A DNA stretch of 64,000 nucleotides from Octopus sinensis (GCF_006345805.1 NC_043001.1:104036001-104100000), one strand, 5' to 3'. Positions 49,780 to 63,589 are shown, numbered from the stretch's first letter. Notes: generated by a model from the sequence alone, not told the origin. Translations and numbers: made by a program.

Positions 49780-49950
49780 TGCAAAGTTTGTGTCTGTGTG
49801 GCGAGAAGTATGCTTCCCAACCACATAGTTCCGGGTTCAGTCTCAATTCGTCGCATCTTGCGCATGTGTATTCTACTATAGCCTCGAGCAAACCAAAACC
49901 TTGTGAATAGATTTGGTAAATGGAAACTGAAAGAAGCCCGTTACGGTTGA
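49780..49950 (+). mobile_element. SINE group A, 5' half
   Basis: GCTTCCCAACCACATAGTTCCGGGTTCAGTC...GAAACTGAAAGAAGCCCGT. Confidence 0.75.
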
Positions 49951-50509
49951 GAAATTCACTTTGCCACCACGGGTTCCTGGGTTCGATTTCCCAGCGTCGA
50001 ATATATATATTTTTTACTGTAGCCTCGGGTCAACCCAAGCTTTCTCAGTCAACTAACGGATATTGTTTTGATTATCCATCGAATAGATTATCCTTGTACT
50101 TCAAATGGTTAGTACATGTGTCTTCGGAATACATAACCATATTACATGCTAATTCAATGAGTAGGTAATAAACAACTGAATATTCATGGTCGAAATCGAT
50201 GAAGATCCCTTCATTTTTAACTTTATTATTCCGTGAGAGCAAATCGCGCCAATATCGACGAGGTGGGTCATGTTGCGAATCAACGTTATTTGTTGATGTT
50301 AGGGAATGAAGTTTAATAGAACGGCGGATGGTAAAATCAGTTCAGAATTTGGGAATGGTTTGCAACATTAGATGGTCTCTGCCTCATCTGACCTCAGCCT
50401 CGTCCTCATCACTTGTGCCATTTATCTGTCGATGAAATAGATTCCCGTAAAGTACTGGCGTGTATTTACTTGATTTTACCCACCGCCTCTCGAATGCATA
50501 ACCTTTTTT

Positions 50510-50700
50510 CTAAAGGAACAAGGCCTGAAATTTGGGGAAGATGTAAATCAATTACATCAACCCCACTATCCAACTGGTACTTATTGTCTCGACCCTGCAA
50601 GTATGAAAGGCAAAGTCGACCTCGGCACAATTTGAATTCAGGGCGTAAAGATGGAAGAGATACTTCCAAGCATTTTGCTTAGACTCTGCCAATTCGCCGC
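50510..50700 (-). mobile_element. SINE group B, diverged
   Basis: ATGAAAGGCAAAGTCGACCTCGGC. Confidence 0.7.
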
Positions 50701-51184
50701 CGTGGCTCTGAAATACCTATCCTTGAACCGATGATTAGTTATTAACCAAAACATCTCGTGCATGCTTGTGCATTGAACAGCAGTATTTGTCCAATGTGGT
50801 CTTCGGTGTCTCCCTAGTCTGTGTTGATCGATTTCAAATCGTCGCCAAAGATTCGACGCCAGTTGAACTGGTGTCGTCTGCGTTTTGTTTTGGGCGATTT
50901 ATTTTTCCTTTCCTTCTGGTGATATTCATCTTAATGTTGTTTTTGAAAACCAATCGCCTGCCTGCCTATCTCACATATTCTTCTTACTCTTCTTACTTGG
51001 TATTCTAAGTTCAATTATATCCTAGAACAACTTTTTTTCTTTTCTCTACGTTAGTTTAATCGATCATATCGATTAGATTTTTTTCCCAAAATATATGGTC
51101 TGGTCAATCGCCAATTTCAATCGTCTTTTCAGAGCTCACATTTTGATAACTACGATAGGAACATTTCTGTTATTTAGGCTGAAT

Positions 51185-51550
51185 AATGCGGCGAGCTGGC
51201 AGAATTGTTGAGTTTAAATTCTGCCGAGGTCGACTTTGCCTTTCATCCTTTCGGTGACCTCTGGTGGTCAATGTAATCGACTTCCCCCTCCCCTTAAATG
51301 GCTGGTTTGTGCCTAAATTCGAAACTCATATTAAAGAGACTTAAGGTCAGCTGGCAGAATCGTTAGCATGCCGGACAAAATGCTTAGCAGCATTTCGTCC
51401 GTCTTTACGTTCTAATTTCAAATTCTGTCAAGGTCGACTCTGCTTCTCATTCTTTTGGGATTGATAAAAGCAATACCAGTTAAATATTGGGGTCGATGTA
51501 ATCGGCTTGCTCCCTCCCCCTAAATTGATGTCCTATTCCCAAAATCTTAA
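51185..51550 (+). mobile_element. Two adjacent SINE group B copies
   Basis: GGCGAGCTGGCAGAATTG at 51190 and AGCTGGCAGAATCGTTAGC at 51349. Confidence 0.75.
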
Positions 51551-53059
51551 ACTAATGTTTCGGTTAAATAGTGGTGGTGGAGGCTTCCGTACATGTTCGA
51601 GTTTCCAATGAGCTGAAAAGAGATACAGTTTATAAAATTCCTCAGATTTGGCATTGGATTCATTTGAACGCTCGTGTCTTTCCCAAGAGTAATATTACCC
51701 GCTTAGGAAATTGAAATAATACCGTGGCGTAATATAACATGAGCACCGGAATTGATTTTGCAAGTGTGTGTGATACAGATCATTAAATTCTCCAGGAAAA
51801 TAAACACAACTTTCTGACATCGCTACAAAGTTGAGATATTTTATCCGAAGAGTATAGAACCGAAGTATGTCGAATATATATTCATATATTCTCTAAGAAA
51901 ATGAAAAGCAAGTCGACGCTGCGAGGATTTGAACCATGAAAGTAAATACATATAATACAAGTAACTTAATACCGGAAGCTGATTATTCGCCAGTCTATCG
52001 ATTCTTCTATCCACCGTCGTCAAACTAAATATCTAGCGGAATATCGTTGGCTGTCCAAAAATAAATTCAAAATGCAAAACAATGGTAGGTTGAAGCCGTT
52101 TGTATAGGAAGCTATGGAAGTATGCGTGCGTATGTGTGTGTGTGAACGCTTGTATATTTTGCTATGCATTTATAGGCGATCTGTTTGTTTTTTTCCGTCG
52201 CTTTATTTTTCAAAATTACTTTTTAACGTTGTAAGCAAAATCAAACAATGTATGTGACATAGTGAAATATTATAAAGTATATGTCTGTGTGTTTATTCGT
52301 ATCCTCACATAATAGCATTTTTGGGGAACTATATTTTATAGATTTCTTTATTCTTTATCAGTTACAGAATTATCCAGTTCGTGTTGGTTAAACACACTCA
52401 GCTAAAACTGCTCTTATCTCCTGTTACTGCAATTATATCCGTTGCTGATATTTCTTTTCATAAAACATTAGAAAGACAGACACCAACAAAACATTTCTTT
52501 TTATATAGCAAAAAAAATTTCACGTCTGCCTACATCGCCACAGATTTTGCGGTTTCGCAAATGTAGCTTCTTCTTTGGTAATCCTCGTGACTTCGTTTAT
52601 ATAACCTTGGCTTTGATTGTCTTCTTCAAGTACAGAAAAACTATGATGATTAACTGAATCAATCGCTTAGACATGGAAATTGTTGACACAAACTACCACC
52701 AATCAATTTATCTTTTTGAAAGTCATTCGGAAGCCATTTAACAGCGAGACACAGTGACTAGGAATGGAGTAGACGTTTTTATTATCTTAACTGATCTAAA
52801 AAAAAGGCGATAGACTGGCAAAATTGGCAAAGTCTGCAGCAGTTAATGAAGTCTCTGTACGCTTTGTGTTCTAATCTTGCCAGAATCAACTTGACCGTTC
52901 TTCTGAGATAGACGAAAAGTTTTAAATTTGGCTTTATACATAAAAATCCCATCCACCCCCCTTTTTTAACTGTACAAAATAGCATGAGGTGTATATCAGT
53001 AATACGTTCGAGGAAAATTGAATACGTATTTCACCGGTTTCAATATTTATCGTCAACTA

Positions 53060-53270
53060 AAAGGTGACGAGCTGGCAAAATCGTTACCGCACATGTTTAA
53101 CATTTCTTCGGTTTTACGTTCTGGGTTCAAATCTCACCGAGGTCTACTTTGCCTTTCATAATTTCAAGGTCGATAAAATAAGTCCCAATTAAATTCTGGG
53201 GTCGAGGTAATCGACTTAACCCCCTCCCTCTCCCGCGAAATTGCTGGCCTTGTACGAAAATTCAAAACAA
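53060..53270 (+). mobile_element. SINE group B
   Basis: AAGGTGACGAGCTGGCAAAATCG, GGGTTCAAAT. Confidence 0.75.
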
Positions 53271-54649
53271 ATATTTATTGCCAACTCTTTCATTTCAAAT
53301 GCGTTTGTAACATTTTCTCGCTCTTTTAACTTTGGCGACATGTTTCTTAAAGAAAGAATCTTCTTTTCTGTTGCAGCTGTTTTGCAGTTGCTGCTGTTGA
53401 AGTCAGTTCGACGCAGTCACAGAACTTGTTGAAATCCCGCTTAAAGCTAAACGTGTCGTCTGCCATTGCTTCAAATTCCTTCATCTTAAAGCTGACAGCT
53501 CGATGCACTGGACTTTTGTCATACAAGCAGTTGAGTCGTCTGTTCGTTTTAATCGTTGCAACTAACACCATAAACATTGCTATCCTCCTCCTCATCATCA
53601 TCATCATCAGCAGCAGCAGCAGCAACAGTATCATCGTCATCATCAATAACAACAGCAACAATAACGAGTACAAAATATTCTCGATTGCAGAACCATTACT
53701 TCCAACAGCAACAACAGCTTCAACAATATCAACCCGATTACAAATGGCCAAACCCCAGACGAGTGTACCTTTATATGGCTGCTCGGATTGTTAGAAATAG
53801 CAACTTACTCTATCAAATGAAAAGGATATATATAGCTTTAACAAAAGTAGAGCATACAGTGTTGTATGTCATCCTAATGGTCGAGATACGCGCTTTCCAC
53901 AGAAAAAGCGGAAATGTCAAGACTGGAATGTCTTTGATTATATAACTGTTTGATAAAAGTTGAACTGGAGGTAAGCAACAACAACAACAACAACACACAC
54001 TGTCACATCTACTTTTTACGGTTAAGTTGTTGCAAAGCTTCTAACATCATTGATACTACAATCACCATTGGAACTACAACACCACTACCGCTACAACAAC
54101 AAGAACAACAACACCACCAATAACAACAACAGCAGTTATTATTGTTGTTGTTGTTGTTATTCACTGAGTGAAGTAACTGGAATGCTGCTTGCTATAGAAA
54201 GTCAACAACATTTGAAACGTCGATGTACTAAACAGAGTGACCTCCCAAACTAAGTTTGACCTGATCTCTTTCCTATTCCATCTGTTATGACATTCTCTGT
54301 CATGGTTACAAGAGGAGTGAAGCGCTCTTTTTCTTCTTCTCCTTCTTTGTTTTTGCTTCGTCCATCTCATTCGTGTCCATAGTAACAACCATAATTCCAC
54401 TACACAGAGGGGGAAGAAGGAAAATAAAAAGTGAAGGAAGGAGTACGAAATATTCTGCAAGCGATCTCCTTTGATCGTTCTTCTAATCAATACTTTGATT
54501 CAACTCGTGTGATTGGCTAAAATAAAAACCTCTCAGACAAGTTCAACTGAGTCACCTCTTCTTTCCACCCATTTTTATTCTCTTCTTTCCTTCTCTCTGT
54601 CTTTCATTCTTACTTACCTTTGTTTATTTTATTCTTTATCTTTTTATAT

Positions 54650-55050
54650 TTCACTTGTTTCTTTCATTACACTGCGGCCATACTGGGGCACCACCTCCAA
54701 AAATTTTTAGTCGAACGGATCAACCCCAGTAATTAGTTTTTTTTTTGCTGTTGTTAAAGGTTGGTACTTATTCTATTGGTCTTTTGCAGGGGACGTTACC
54801 ACACCAACACCGGTTGTCAAGCGGTAGTGCAGTACAAACGTACACACACACACACATACACACACATACAACATACACACACACACACATACACACGACG
54901 GTCTTCTTTCAGTTTCTGTCAACCAAATCCACTCACAAGACTTTGGTCGGCCCGTGGATATAGTAGATATAGTAGAAGACACTTGGCCATGGTGCCACGC
55001 AGTTGGATTGAACCGAGAACCATGTGGTTAGGAAACACACTTCTTACCAC
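54650..55050 (-). mobile_element. SINE group A with internal (CA)n
   Basis: Reversed tail, microsatellite and head. Confidence 0.85.
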
Positions 55051-55059
55051 ACAGCCACG

Positions 55060-55922
55060 TCTACGCCTTTATTTACTATTTTCGTTCGTTTATCCTTCTC
55101 TCTTGATTTCATTCTTGACTTCTTCCGTCATTTATTTATATCATATTTATTCTTTTCATTTTTTCTTTACTTATTTTCTTCGCAATTTCTTGTTTTCGTG
55201 TAGTTTTTATTTAATTTTTATTTCTTCATTCATCCAATTTTATTCCCTCTTTCATCATTTTTTCATTCGTTCATTTTTTTACTACTTCCTTTCTTCTATT
55301 TGACTTTCATTCTTAGTTTCACTCAGTTTTTCTACTTTTCTTTCTTCCATCCTTTATTTCACTGATCATTCTTTCATAATTTTTCTTTCTTTCATTCTTT
55401 CTAACCTTTGTTCTTCTGTTTATTTTATTTCTTCCTTTCATTCTTTCTTTACATCGTTCTTTCTTTCTTTCGTTCATTTAATTTTCCTTCTGTTCCTTTA
55501 ATCTTTCACTAATTCTTTCTTTCTATCCTTCATCATTTTCACTTTCAGTCATTCGTTATTTGATTTATCGTTTTCATTCGTCCATTTTCTTTCCAATTCT
55601 TTATTTATTTATTGTTTTCGTTGGTTCATTCATATCTACTTTTCTTTTTTACTTCCCTCTTTTCTTTCATCTTGTCATTCATTCATTCATTTCCAACAGT
55701 ATTTTATTTATTTATTTCATTATTTACATCCTTCTTTTTAATATCATTCTTTCTTTTTCTCTATATTTCTTCTTTTTATCTCTTTCATTTTCCTTAATTT
55801 CCTTCAGTCATAAATACTTTCTATTTCTTTCTCTTTGTTTATTCACTTTGTTTCATTCCCTATTTTCATATTATTTCTTCAAATTTCTCTATTTTTTTCT
55901 TTCATCCTTCTTCATATCTCAC

Positions 55923-55986
<64 letters not shown>

Positions 55987-56200
55987 CTATCTATCTATCT
56001 TAACTGTCTTTCTATCCTTTTCTCTCTTTCTATCCCTATTTCTCTACACGATTCTCTCTCTCTATATATATATATCTCCCTCTCTCTCTTTCTCTCTCAT
56101 ACTCTGTCCTTAATTCTTTCATTTTATTTCTCTTTCGTTGTTCTCTTTCTGTCTTTCTTTAAATTTATCCCTTTTTCTGTTCCCCTCTCTCTCTCTCTCT
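55060..56200. repeat. T/C-rich low-complexity tract with (CT)n
   Basis: Direct reading. Confidence 0.9.
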
Positions 56201-56419
56201 CTCTCCCCTAACGCACACACACACACACACACTTGCTTCGTTAGCCCTCACGTTGAAAGAATGTCCAGAACATTCAAAGAAACGTTATGCGCGAAAGTAT
56301 TTCAGAATGCAGTATCGATGGGATTTTTGTTTTTTATTTGGCCAGCTCTTTGAAGTTTCCTTTTTCTCAGGCAAGACATAAGAAGAAACGGTTATAGTTC
56401 AGAATTCAAGGCTTTACAG

Positions 56420-56570
56420 CAGTGGCGCTCAACCATTTTTTACCTAAGGACCTCTTCGATTCCTGTTTTATTTGAGCGAACCCTCATAACCATTACATGT
56501 TTTTAAAAAACCTCTTATATTTATATAATTGAATAACATTTATAATTCAATATTATTGAGAATTGTATCT
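56420..56570 (+). mobile_element. hAT-like MITE, one end only
   Basis: CAGTGGCGCTCAACC terminus; aligns to the reverse complement of 63010-63140. Confidence 0.6.
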
Positions 56571-56579
56571 TTGAAGTTG

Positions 56580-56868
56580 CTTTAGTCATTCGACTGCGGC
56601 CATGCTGTGGTACCGCTTTGAGAAACTTTCGTCGAATGAATCTACCCCAGTACATCTTTTTTAAGGCCTGGTATTTATTTTATTGGCATGTTTTGCCGAA
56701 CTGCTAAGTTGCGGAGAAGTAAACGTATCAACACCGGTTGTCAAGTGATAGTGACGGAAATCACAGGCACACACTCACACACACACTCACACACACACAC
56801 CACACACACACACTCACACACTCACACACAAACACTCACACATTCACGCTCGCACACACACACACTCA

Positions 56869-56925
<57 letters not shown>
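56580..56925 (-). mobile_element. SINE group A 3' half plus (CA)n
   Basis: GACTGCGGCCATGCTG...TTTTGCCGAACTGCTAAGTT. Confidence 0.7.
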
Positions 56926-56927
<2 letters not shown>

Positions 56928-57511
56928 ATATCGCTCGTTGGTGATGACCTGTACTTAATACGTATCTTTTCATTTTTATTTAATAATTGAACGCCACACA
57001 ACCTTTGTCAACACTAAGATTTTACATTCATATATAATTTCTGCAACTCTGTTCTCTACCTATTTTCTTTCCCTCTCTCTCTCTCTCTTTATCCCTCTAT
57101 AATCCTCTGTTTCTTTTTCTCCCCTCCTTCTTTGCTGTCTCCCCCCCCCGTCTGTCTTTCTTTCACTCCCTATCTTTCTTTCCTTCTTTCTTCTCCCTTT
57201 ATTTCTTTCCGTCATTCTCTCTTTTGTCCCCTTTCCCCTCTGCCTGTTGCTCACATGTGACTACGGGGCATTTTCTCGTCTCTCGCTCCTTTCTGGATGG
57301 AACGTCCAGATAGCCGGACGAAATTTCTCTCACCTCTCGATATCTTTTTTCTCTCATAGTTATTCAATATACCTTCAAAATTTAACCCAGTTGATACCCA
57401 TTACAATTCGTCTTGGCCTTGCGGCCCTAAACGTCTGTCTTCGTCGATTGTTTACTTCCGTACGTCCACTTTGGTATCATTTGTTCCTTCGAAACCCTAA
57501 CTCTCCACAAA

Positions 57512-57690
57512 TATAAAGGAAATTGGAATAGAGTGCCCAGTGGAATTGTTACAAAAGGTTTGCCTCTTTGGTACGGTTAGAATAATCAGGAAAGTATTAC
57601 ATAGTTGAAAAGAATGGATAGCATGGTACCGTAGACGGCAGGTAGTAAGCCCGCTACGCATTCAAGACTCCAGAGGACCCAACAACAATA
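57512..57690 (+). mobile_element. 3' end of an R4/Dong-like LINE
   Basis: KEIGIECPVELLQKVCLFGTVRIIRKVLHS* matches the R4-clade C-terminus LQKxxLLGTARILRKVL; 3' UTR shared with 60640-60785. Confidence 0.75.
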
Positions 57691-58644
57691 ATGATGGCGA
57701 TAAAAGCATATGAGTTGTTACAAAAAGTAAAAGTTGATTTAAACTGATATAGAAACGGCAAAGAAGTCCTATAAGCAAATTCCTTCCCTTTCTTTTTCCT
57801 TTCTCAAAGTTTTAAGACTTGAAAATACGTACGAAACTATTATTGGTAACAGCAACTTGTCCGAAACGTCACAGCAATAGATTAAATACGTTTCGTTTAA
57901 TTAAAAAATATAAACAACCAGTTGTCGATTTTTTTTTTCGTTTTGGTACATAACTATGGTGAAAAGCATTTCAGCCAATACTATTTCGACTTTTTTCAGA
58001 TTTAATGTTTCTTGGACAATACTGTCTAATGTGTTCTTTCTTGAAACGGCAAGGTGGGAGTTGGTAGAAAATTGGCTGCTATAACTTGTAAGTTGCGCGG
58101 CTAATTGATGCTCCCCCACAACTTGTATGAATACCAGTTTCGTACTTTAGATTCGAATCAATTAATTGAACACATCCATCCACAGAATGCTTTGTAGTTA
58201 ATTAAATAGGACGTTAATTGCCGATTTAATAAAGTATTCAACAGGCTGGTCTTGAATTTAAATCGGCTTCTGGCATTTTACAGTCTTTCATTTTTCATTA
58301 GCGCTCTTCAGTTAGCTGCCAGGAATAGCTATGGCAAAAAGATCAATAGCGCTGACCATCCACTGATGCATCCTCTCATCATGAGTACATACACAATTGA
58401 CTCAATCAAATCAGTGACTCGCTAAGAATAAATACTTATTTATTAACAACAAAGGACAATGTATTTGCAGAAACACAACATCAGACGGCTTAAATGTCTT
58501 AGTTTTCTTCTTCTACATTCTGTGATCAAAGCGCCCCCACACGATCGAATTTAATTTTCATCTCTCAAGTCGATATAATAAGTAAGTAGATTCAATCTTT
58601 GTAAATTTCTGGTCCTGAACCAATATCTGAGATCAATGGAGTTG

Positions 58645-58890
58645 GCTATTCTCCGCGGCCATTCTCCGCAGCAACGCCATTGCAATCGTGTACGCGAGGT
58701 GCGGCGGGACACGCCATTTGTTCTGGGGAGTACGACCAGTTATTCCCCGCCAACTTCTGCTGTTTAATTCCACAGCCACTTTTTTTTTTACTTTTTCTTT
58801 GTTTCCTTGGTGAGCTAATTATGTTTTTTCATTCGATAATTTCATCTTTATTCCTTTTCCTTTCTTTTCTTCTTATAAAATGTTGTTAAT
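58645..58890 (+). mobile_element. 3' end of a CRE-like non-LTR retrotransposon
   Basis: FSAAILRSNAIAI motif; 3' UTR TTTTTCTTTGTTTCCTTGRTGAGSTAATTATG shared with 29066-29410; ends in AATAAA. Confidence 0.55.
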
Positions 58891-59028
58891 AAAAAATTGT
58901 GATTAGAATTGCGTATTAGAGACAAGGCTAACCACAATGAGCGCTGAAGTGTACAGTCGACTTGATGGTTCTAACGCCATGAAACAGCTGTTGAGAGTAG
59001 TTGTTGTAGTTTCTGGTGGTGGTGGTGG

Positions 59029-59255
59029 TTAACATTTCGCAGTCAAACGGGCTATATGAGGCTCAAAGATTCTACTGTTTTTATATTCACACCAGCCAGA
59101 CCTGGCCTCTCACACCTACCGTACAATGTCATTCCAAAAATAAACAAGCACATCTTCAAAATCTCAGAGCTATCAGAAAACGCATGATTAATTCAAAACA
59201 ATGGGACTGAACAAATATTACATTCGATAGAGTAACGTGAATGTGAACGGGTTAA
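59029..59255 (-). mobile_element. piggyBac-like MITE
   Basis: TTAA at both ends (59029-59032, 59252-59255); related to 40019-40247. Confidence 0.6.
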
Positions 59256-59919
59256 ACTCAGGTCAGCTCTGATCGAGTACACTCAAGATCCAGGCGCTTC
59301 AGCTGTGACCATCTCACCAATTATCTAAACAAAACAAAATGTCTCTAGTAGATTATACAGTATGTCCTTTTTAAAACATTATGTTCTAATTTAAGGGATG
59401 TTTGTTTGTTATTTCTAACACGTGGGGTGAGCACGTGGAGACTCCTTGTTTGGTTCATTATGTTTTAAGTTAGAACATGCGACACGGTGCTGACGAAATT
59501 TGCAAACTTTCCTAGACTGGCAAGATTAATGCCGTACAGGAAATTCATCCATCACAACTTGAGTTAAAAACGTTAATGGACATTTGGCTTATCTCAGCCT
59601 CAAATCTAATTAAAGAATGTTAATAACATACGGTAGACGTTCACTTGACCGAAGCATTAAAGCAATGGATTCGATGTATTTAAGTACTGAATGGATAGCA
59701 TACATCGACAGGTAGAGTCGATATTCTTTTATTTCTTCATTTGTTTCAGTGGAACGTCCACGGCCATACTAGAGTACCACCTTGAAGTTTTTAGTTGATC
59801 TTATCTATTTCAGTAATTATTTTAAAACCTGCTAATTATCTCATTGATCTCTAATTGTTAGGGGACAATAGCAGAAACCATCGTTTTATGAGCTGTGTCA
59901 TCGAAAAACAGACGTCGAG

Positions 59920-60053
59920 ACGGCACACACATACATATATATATATACTTACACAAACACACATACATACATACACATATACATACATACACACACGTAT
60001 ACATACATACATACATACATACACACACACACATACATACATACATACATACA

Positions 60054-60087
<34 letters not shown>

Positions 60088-60089
60088 CA

Positions 60090-60120
<31 letters not shown>
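59920..60120. repeat. (TACA)n microsatellite
   Basis: Direct reading. Confidence 0.95.
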
Positions 60121-60330
60121 GCCTGCGCGTGTCTTCGTATCTGAGTTTGTTCCATCATCACCTGTTGGTAGATTTACGTCCCCGTAACTTAGTAGTTTGT
60201 CAAAAGAGTCTAATGAAATAAGTTCCAGATTTTTAAAAAAAAGTTAAGTATTGGGGTCGGGTCATTCTATTGAAATTCTTCAAGACGGTGCCCCAGTATG
60301 GCCGCAACCTAGTAACTGAAACAAATGAAA
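60120..60330 (+). mobile_element. SINE group A 3' half
   Basis: TTTACGTCCCCGTAACTTAG...GGTGCCCCAGTATGGCCGCA. Confidence 0.75.
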
Positions 60331-60639
60331 CATACTACAAGACAATTCAGTTAATGTTAATGTATTTAATACAGTGAAAGTTTAATTGTTAATTAGTAAT
60401 TATTGCGTGATGAACAATAAATAATATCAATGAGAGATATTTTAATTATTTTAATTATCTCGAGAATCAATTGGAATAATTAAACCAGAACTAGTCATTA
60501 AGTAATATCGTTTTTTTTTCTTCTCCTTTGCAGTAGAATTAGCTCTAGTTATGATTATAATGCTTACGTCATTAAATATTTTAACTTCGACCATTAAATT
60601 ATCATCTGAATATTTAGAACCAGAAATTATTACCATTAT

Positions 60640-60785
60640 TATTATTATCTATTTATCACGGATTTTCTTGGAACTCTTGGAGTTTTGCATGCGTAGCGGG
60701 CTCACTACCTACAGCCAACGGTACCCTGCTATTCGCTCTTTTCAGCTATCTAAGACTTTCCGGGTTATTCTGGCTGTGCCAAGGA
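60640..60785 (-). mobile_element. 3' end of an R4/Dong-like LINE in an (AAT)n context
   Basis: Minus LGTARITRKVLDS*, UTR GGGTACCGTTGGCTGTAGGTAGTGAGCCCGCT, ending in (ATA)n. Confidence 0.75.
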
Positions 60786-60790
60786 AGCAA

Positions 60791-60821
<31 letters not shown>

Positions 60822-60911
60822 GTACCCTTATCAACGGGTATTCATGATGGGTATACTGCGCTTCGTATATTTTACCCCAGTGTCACTTTGATGGCATGCA
60901 CTGCTCCCTCA
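60822..60911 (+). mobile_element. 5'-truncated copy of the (AAT)n-associated element
   Basis: CATGATGGGTATACTGCGCTTCGTATATTTTACCCCAGTGTCACTTTGATGGCATG nearly identical to ~28280-28350; (AAT)n on both sides. Confidence 0.8.
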
Positions 60912-61884
60912 CTCAATAACAATAATAATAATCATACAAAAAAAGAAACTGAAAATTATTTAAGAATGATCCACGATCAAAAGAGGAACTGGAAATTATT
61001 TAGGGAAGATCCCTGGCTTACCATCCATGCAGGAAGTGCAAAAGGTTGTCTTAACTGCTACATCACAGGTACTGAGAAGAGCATTGTCACTGTGAATTTT
61101 CTTTCCCTTTTCCCCCCTTTATTTTTTTGTTTATTTTTTATGTTTTCCTTTTTCTCTCCATCTTTCTTCCCCTTTCTCTCTTTCACATGGCTTTGTAAAT
61201 AAACAATTTGGTGTTTTTATTTTAATGGCCTGCCAATGTATACAGTGCGTTTCTCTGCCCTAGGTGTCAGGAAGACACCCGGCAAGAAATGGAAACAGAA
61301 TTGAAACAAGATGCTAATGAAAATAATAATAATGCATTCGGAAGAATGAAAAATTCGATTAGGATTTAAGTTGCGTCAATATGATATCATTAAATAGATT
61401 TTATTATTCTAATTTATCTTAATATCAATAAAGTAATTTTAGTTTAGCAACAACCAGAAAGTGCTGCTTCAGCAGTGAAATGAGTGAGTGTGTGTATGGA
61501 AGTGAATGGTGTGTGTTATAGTGACATCCACAGCATGTTAATCCAGCAGCGAAACCTGAGTTCTCTCTCTCTCTCTCTCTCTAAGTATATTGGTCTTCTA
61601 CACGGTGTAAATATCAAGTGAATGTATGCCAGTCTTACTTCTATTTCTGTTGTTCGAGTATAAACTTGCTTCTCGAGAGATATTTCTTCTCTCCAGGCTG
61701 TTATTCATAGAAACATGAACTCACGGCACAACGACGAAGCACAAACGTCTACAGACGACAATGGTTTCCTGCGAAATTAGTTGCAGTTTCATCATTTCCC
61801 TCGTTCCATCTTTTATCGTCACTCTGTTTATTGATCTCCTTCGCTTACGTTTTCACCCTCTCCTTCTAGTTTTTTTTTTCATGA

Positions 61885-62063
61885 TATACACACACACACA
61901 GACACACATGCACACACACGCACATATGTACGTATGCGTGTGTGTATGTATGTATGTGTATATATAAGTGTGTATGTATGTATGTATATATGTATGTATG
62001 TGTGTATATATATATGTGTGTGTGTATGTATGTGTGTATACACACAGATAGATGTGTATAAAC

Positions 62064-62142
<79 letters not shown>

Positions 62143-62230
62143 ATAAATAGATAGATAGATAGATAGATAGGCAGGCAGGCAGGCAGGCAGGCAGGCAGAC
62201 AGGCAGGCGGACAGGCGGGCAGACAGACAG
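61885..62230. repeat. (CA)/(TATG)/(GATA)/(GGCA) compound microsatellite
   Basis: Direct reading. Confidence 0.95.
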
Positions 62231-62893
62231 ATAGCATCACTTCACACTTTCCACCTATCTCAGTGTTCGCTGAAATACTTAAACAGTTCACCGTTGAAGA
62301 TAAGATGTTAAACTTCCATCGGAATTATTTATTCTCAACATTAACAAATACGAAATAATAAAGAACGATGTGGAAAGAGAGTTGCTGGGGGCTTAGTGAA
62401 GTTCAACACAGGAAGTGAGAGATTCTTCATCGATCATTTGCCCTGATTTTGTGATTGGCTATCACTCAAAATCGATCACTATTATCCATCAAGTGGACGC
62501 ATATACATAATTTCTTTTTAAAGTCGAGTGACTAATCTACGCCAGAGTATTAATAGATGTATATATTATAAATGACGCCGGCCGCCTCTATCGTTATTCT
62601 GTTCTATTGTAGCTATTCATCATAGACCAGTAAAACATGGTTTTATGACAGACACACAACATTGTCGCTCGACCAACTGGAAATGAAATGCCATCCACAT
62701 TTTCTTCGTATCGCACCTTTTCATCTTAATAAAGGGATGGCCATATTGGAAGATACTGTTGTTCTATGTGCACTATGTCGGAATAAAAGACGGCTTAGTC
62801 ACAGATGAAATGTCTTTAGTCAAAAGACTGCTCGATTAGGGTTGACCTGATTCAGACAGCTGTAACTGCGAATCGACGAGAAATACTCTATCT

Positions 62894-63140
62894 CAGTAAT
62901 TCTGAACCGGGGTCCACGTAACCGTTGGGGACCCAAGTAAAATCTTGTTAAAATTGCTAATACATTGTTCATATTTCAACAGTGCACAAAATATTTAAAC
63001 TTTTTTTATACAGTTCCTAATAATATCTAATTACAAAGGATATATTAGGATTTTTTTAGATATCGAATGGCTATGAGGGTCGACCTGATAAAAATAGGTA
63101 TCAGAAGGGTCCTTTGGTAAAACATGGTTGCGACCCATTG
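62894..63140. mobile_element. hAT (Charlie-like) MITE, 247 bp
   Basis: Imperfect TIRs CAGTAATTCTGAACC / GGTTGCGACCCATTG; flanking 8-mers CTCTATCT and CTCCATAT match at 6/8, consistent with a decayed 8-bp TSD. Confidence 0.65.
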
Positions 63141-63589
63141 CTCCATATAAAGAAGTAGCTGCGAAATCTCCCTCAACTTACACTCCACTGTATTAAATAT
63201 ATTCTATTAAACGGAGAAAGTCGAGAATACTTGCCGGTGGAATGCTTTTCATCAGATGCCAGCTTAACCAGAATTGATCCTTTAATAAACAACAGCAGCA
63301 ATGACATAGTTACATAATTCCTGGAAGTAAGTCTTGGAGGTTATTCAAACTTAGTTTTATAAATTAACGAATCTTTCAATGTAAAAACAGTTCAGTTCAT
63401 GTCATTGTCATGCTATGTGCGTATATACGAATGTTATTTAGTTTCAAATCTAGATTTGTTCTAAACGGAGAAAGAGGTGATTTCTAATCTCGATCCAAAG
63501 CTTCTTCATTGGAATTCCGACAACATCGACAGAATATTTATGTATGTTTGTGTGTATGTGTGCAATGTTAGGAATTAGTGTATATGCAA

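Noticed and set aside
63251-63325. Exon bounded by TTTTCATCAG and GTAAGT
   Set aside because: All three frames contain stops; at most non-coding, with no other support.
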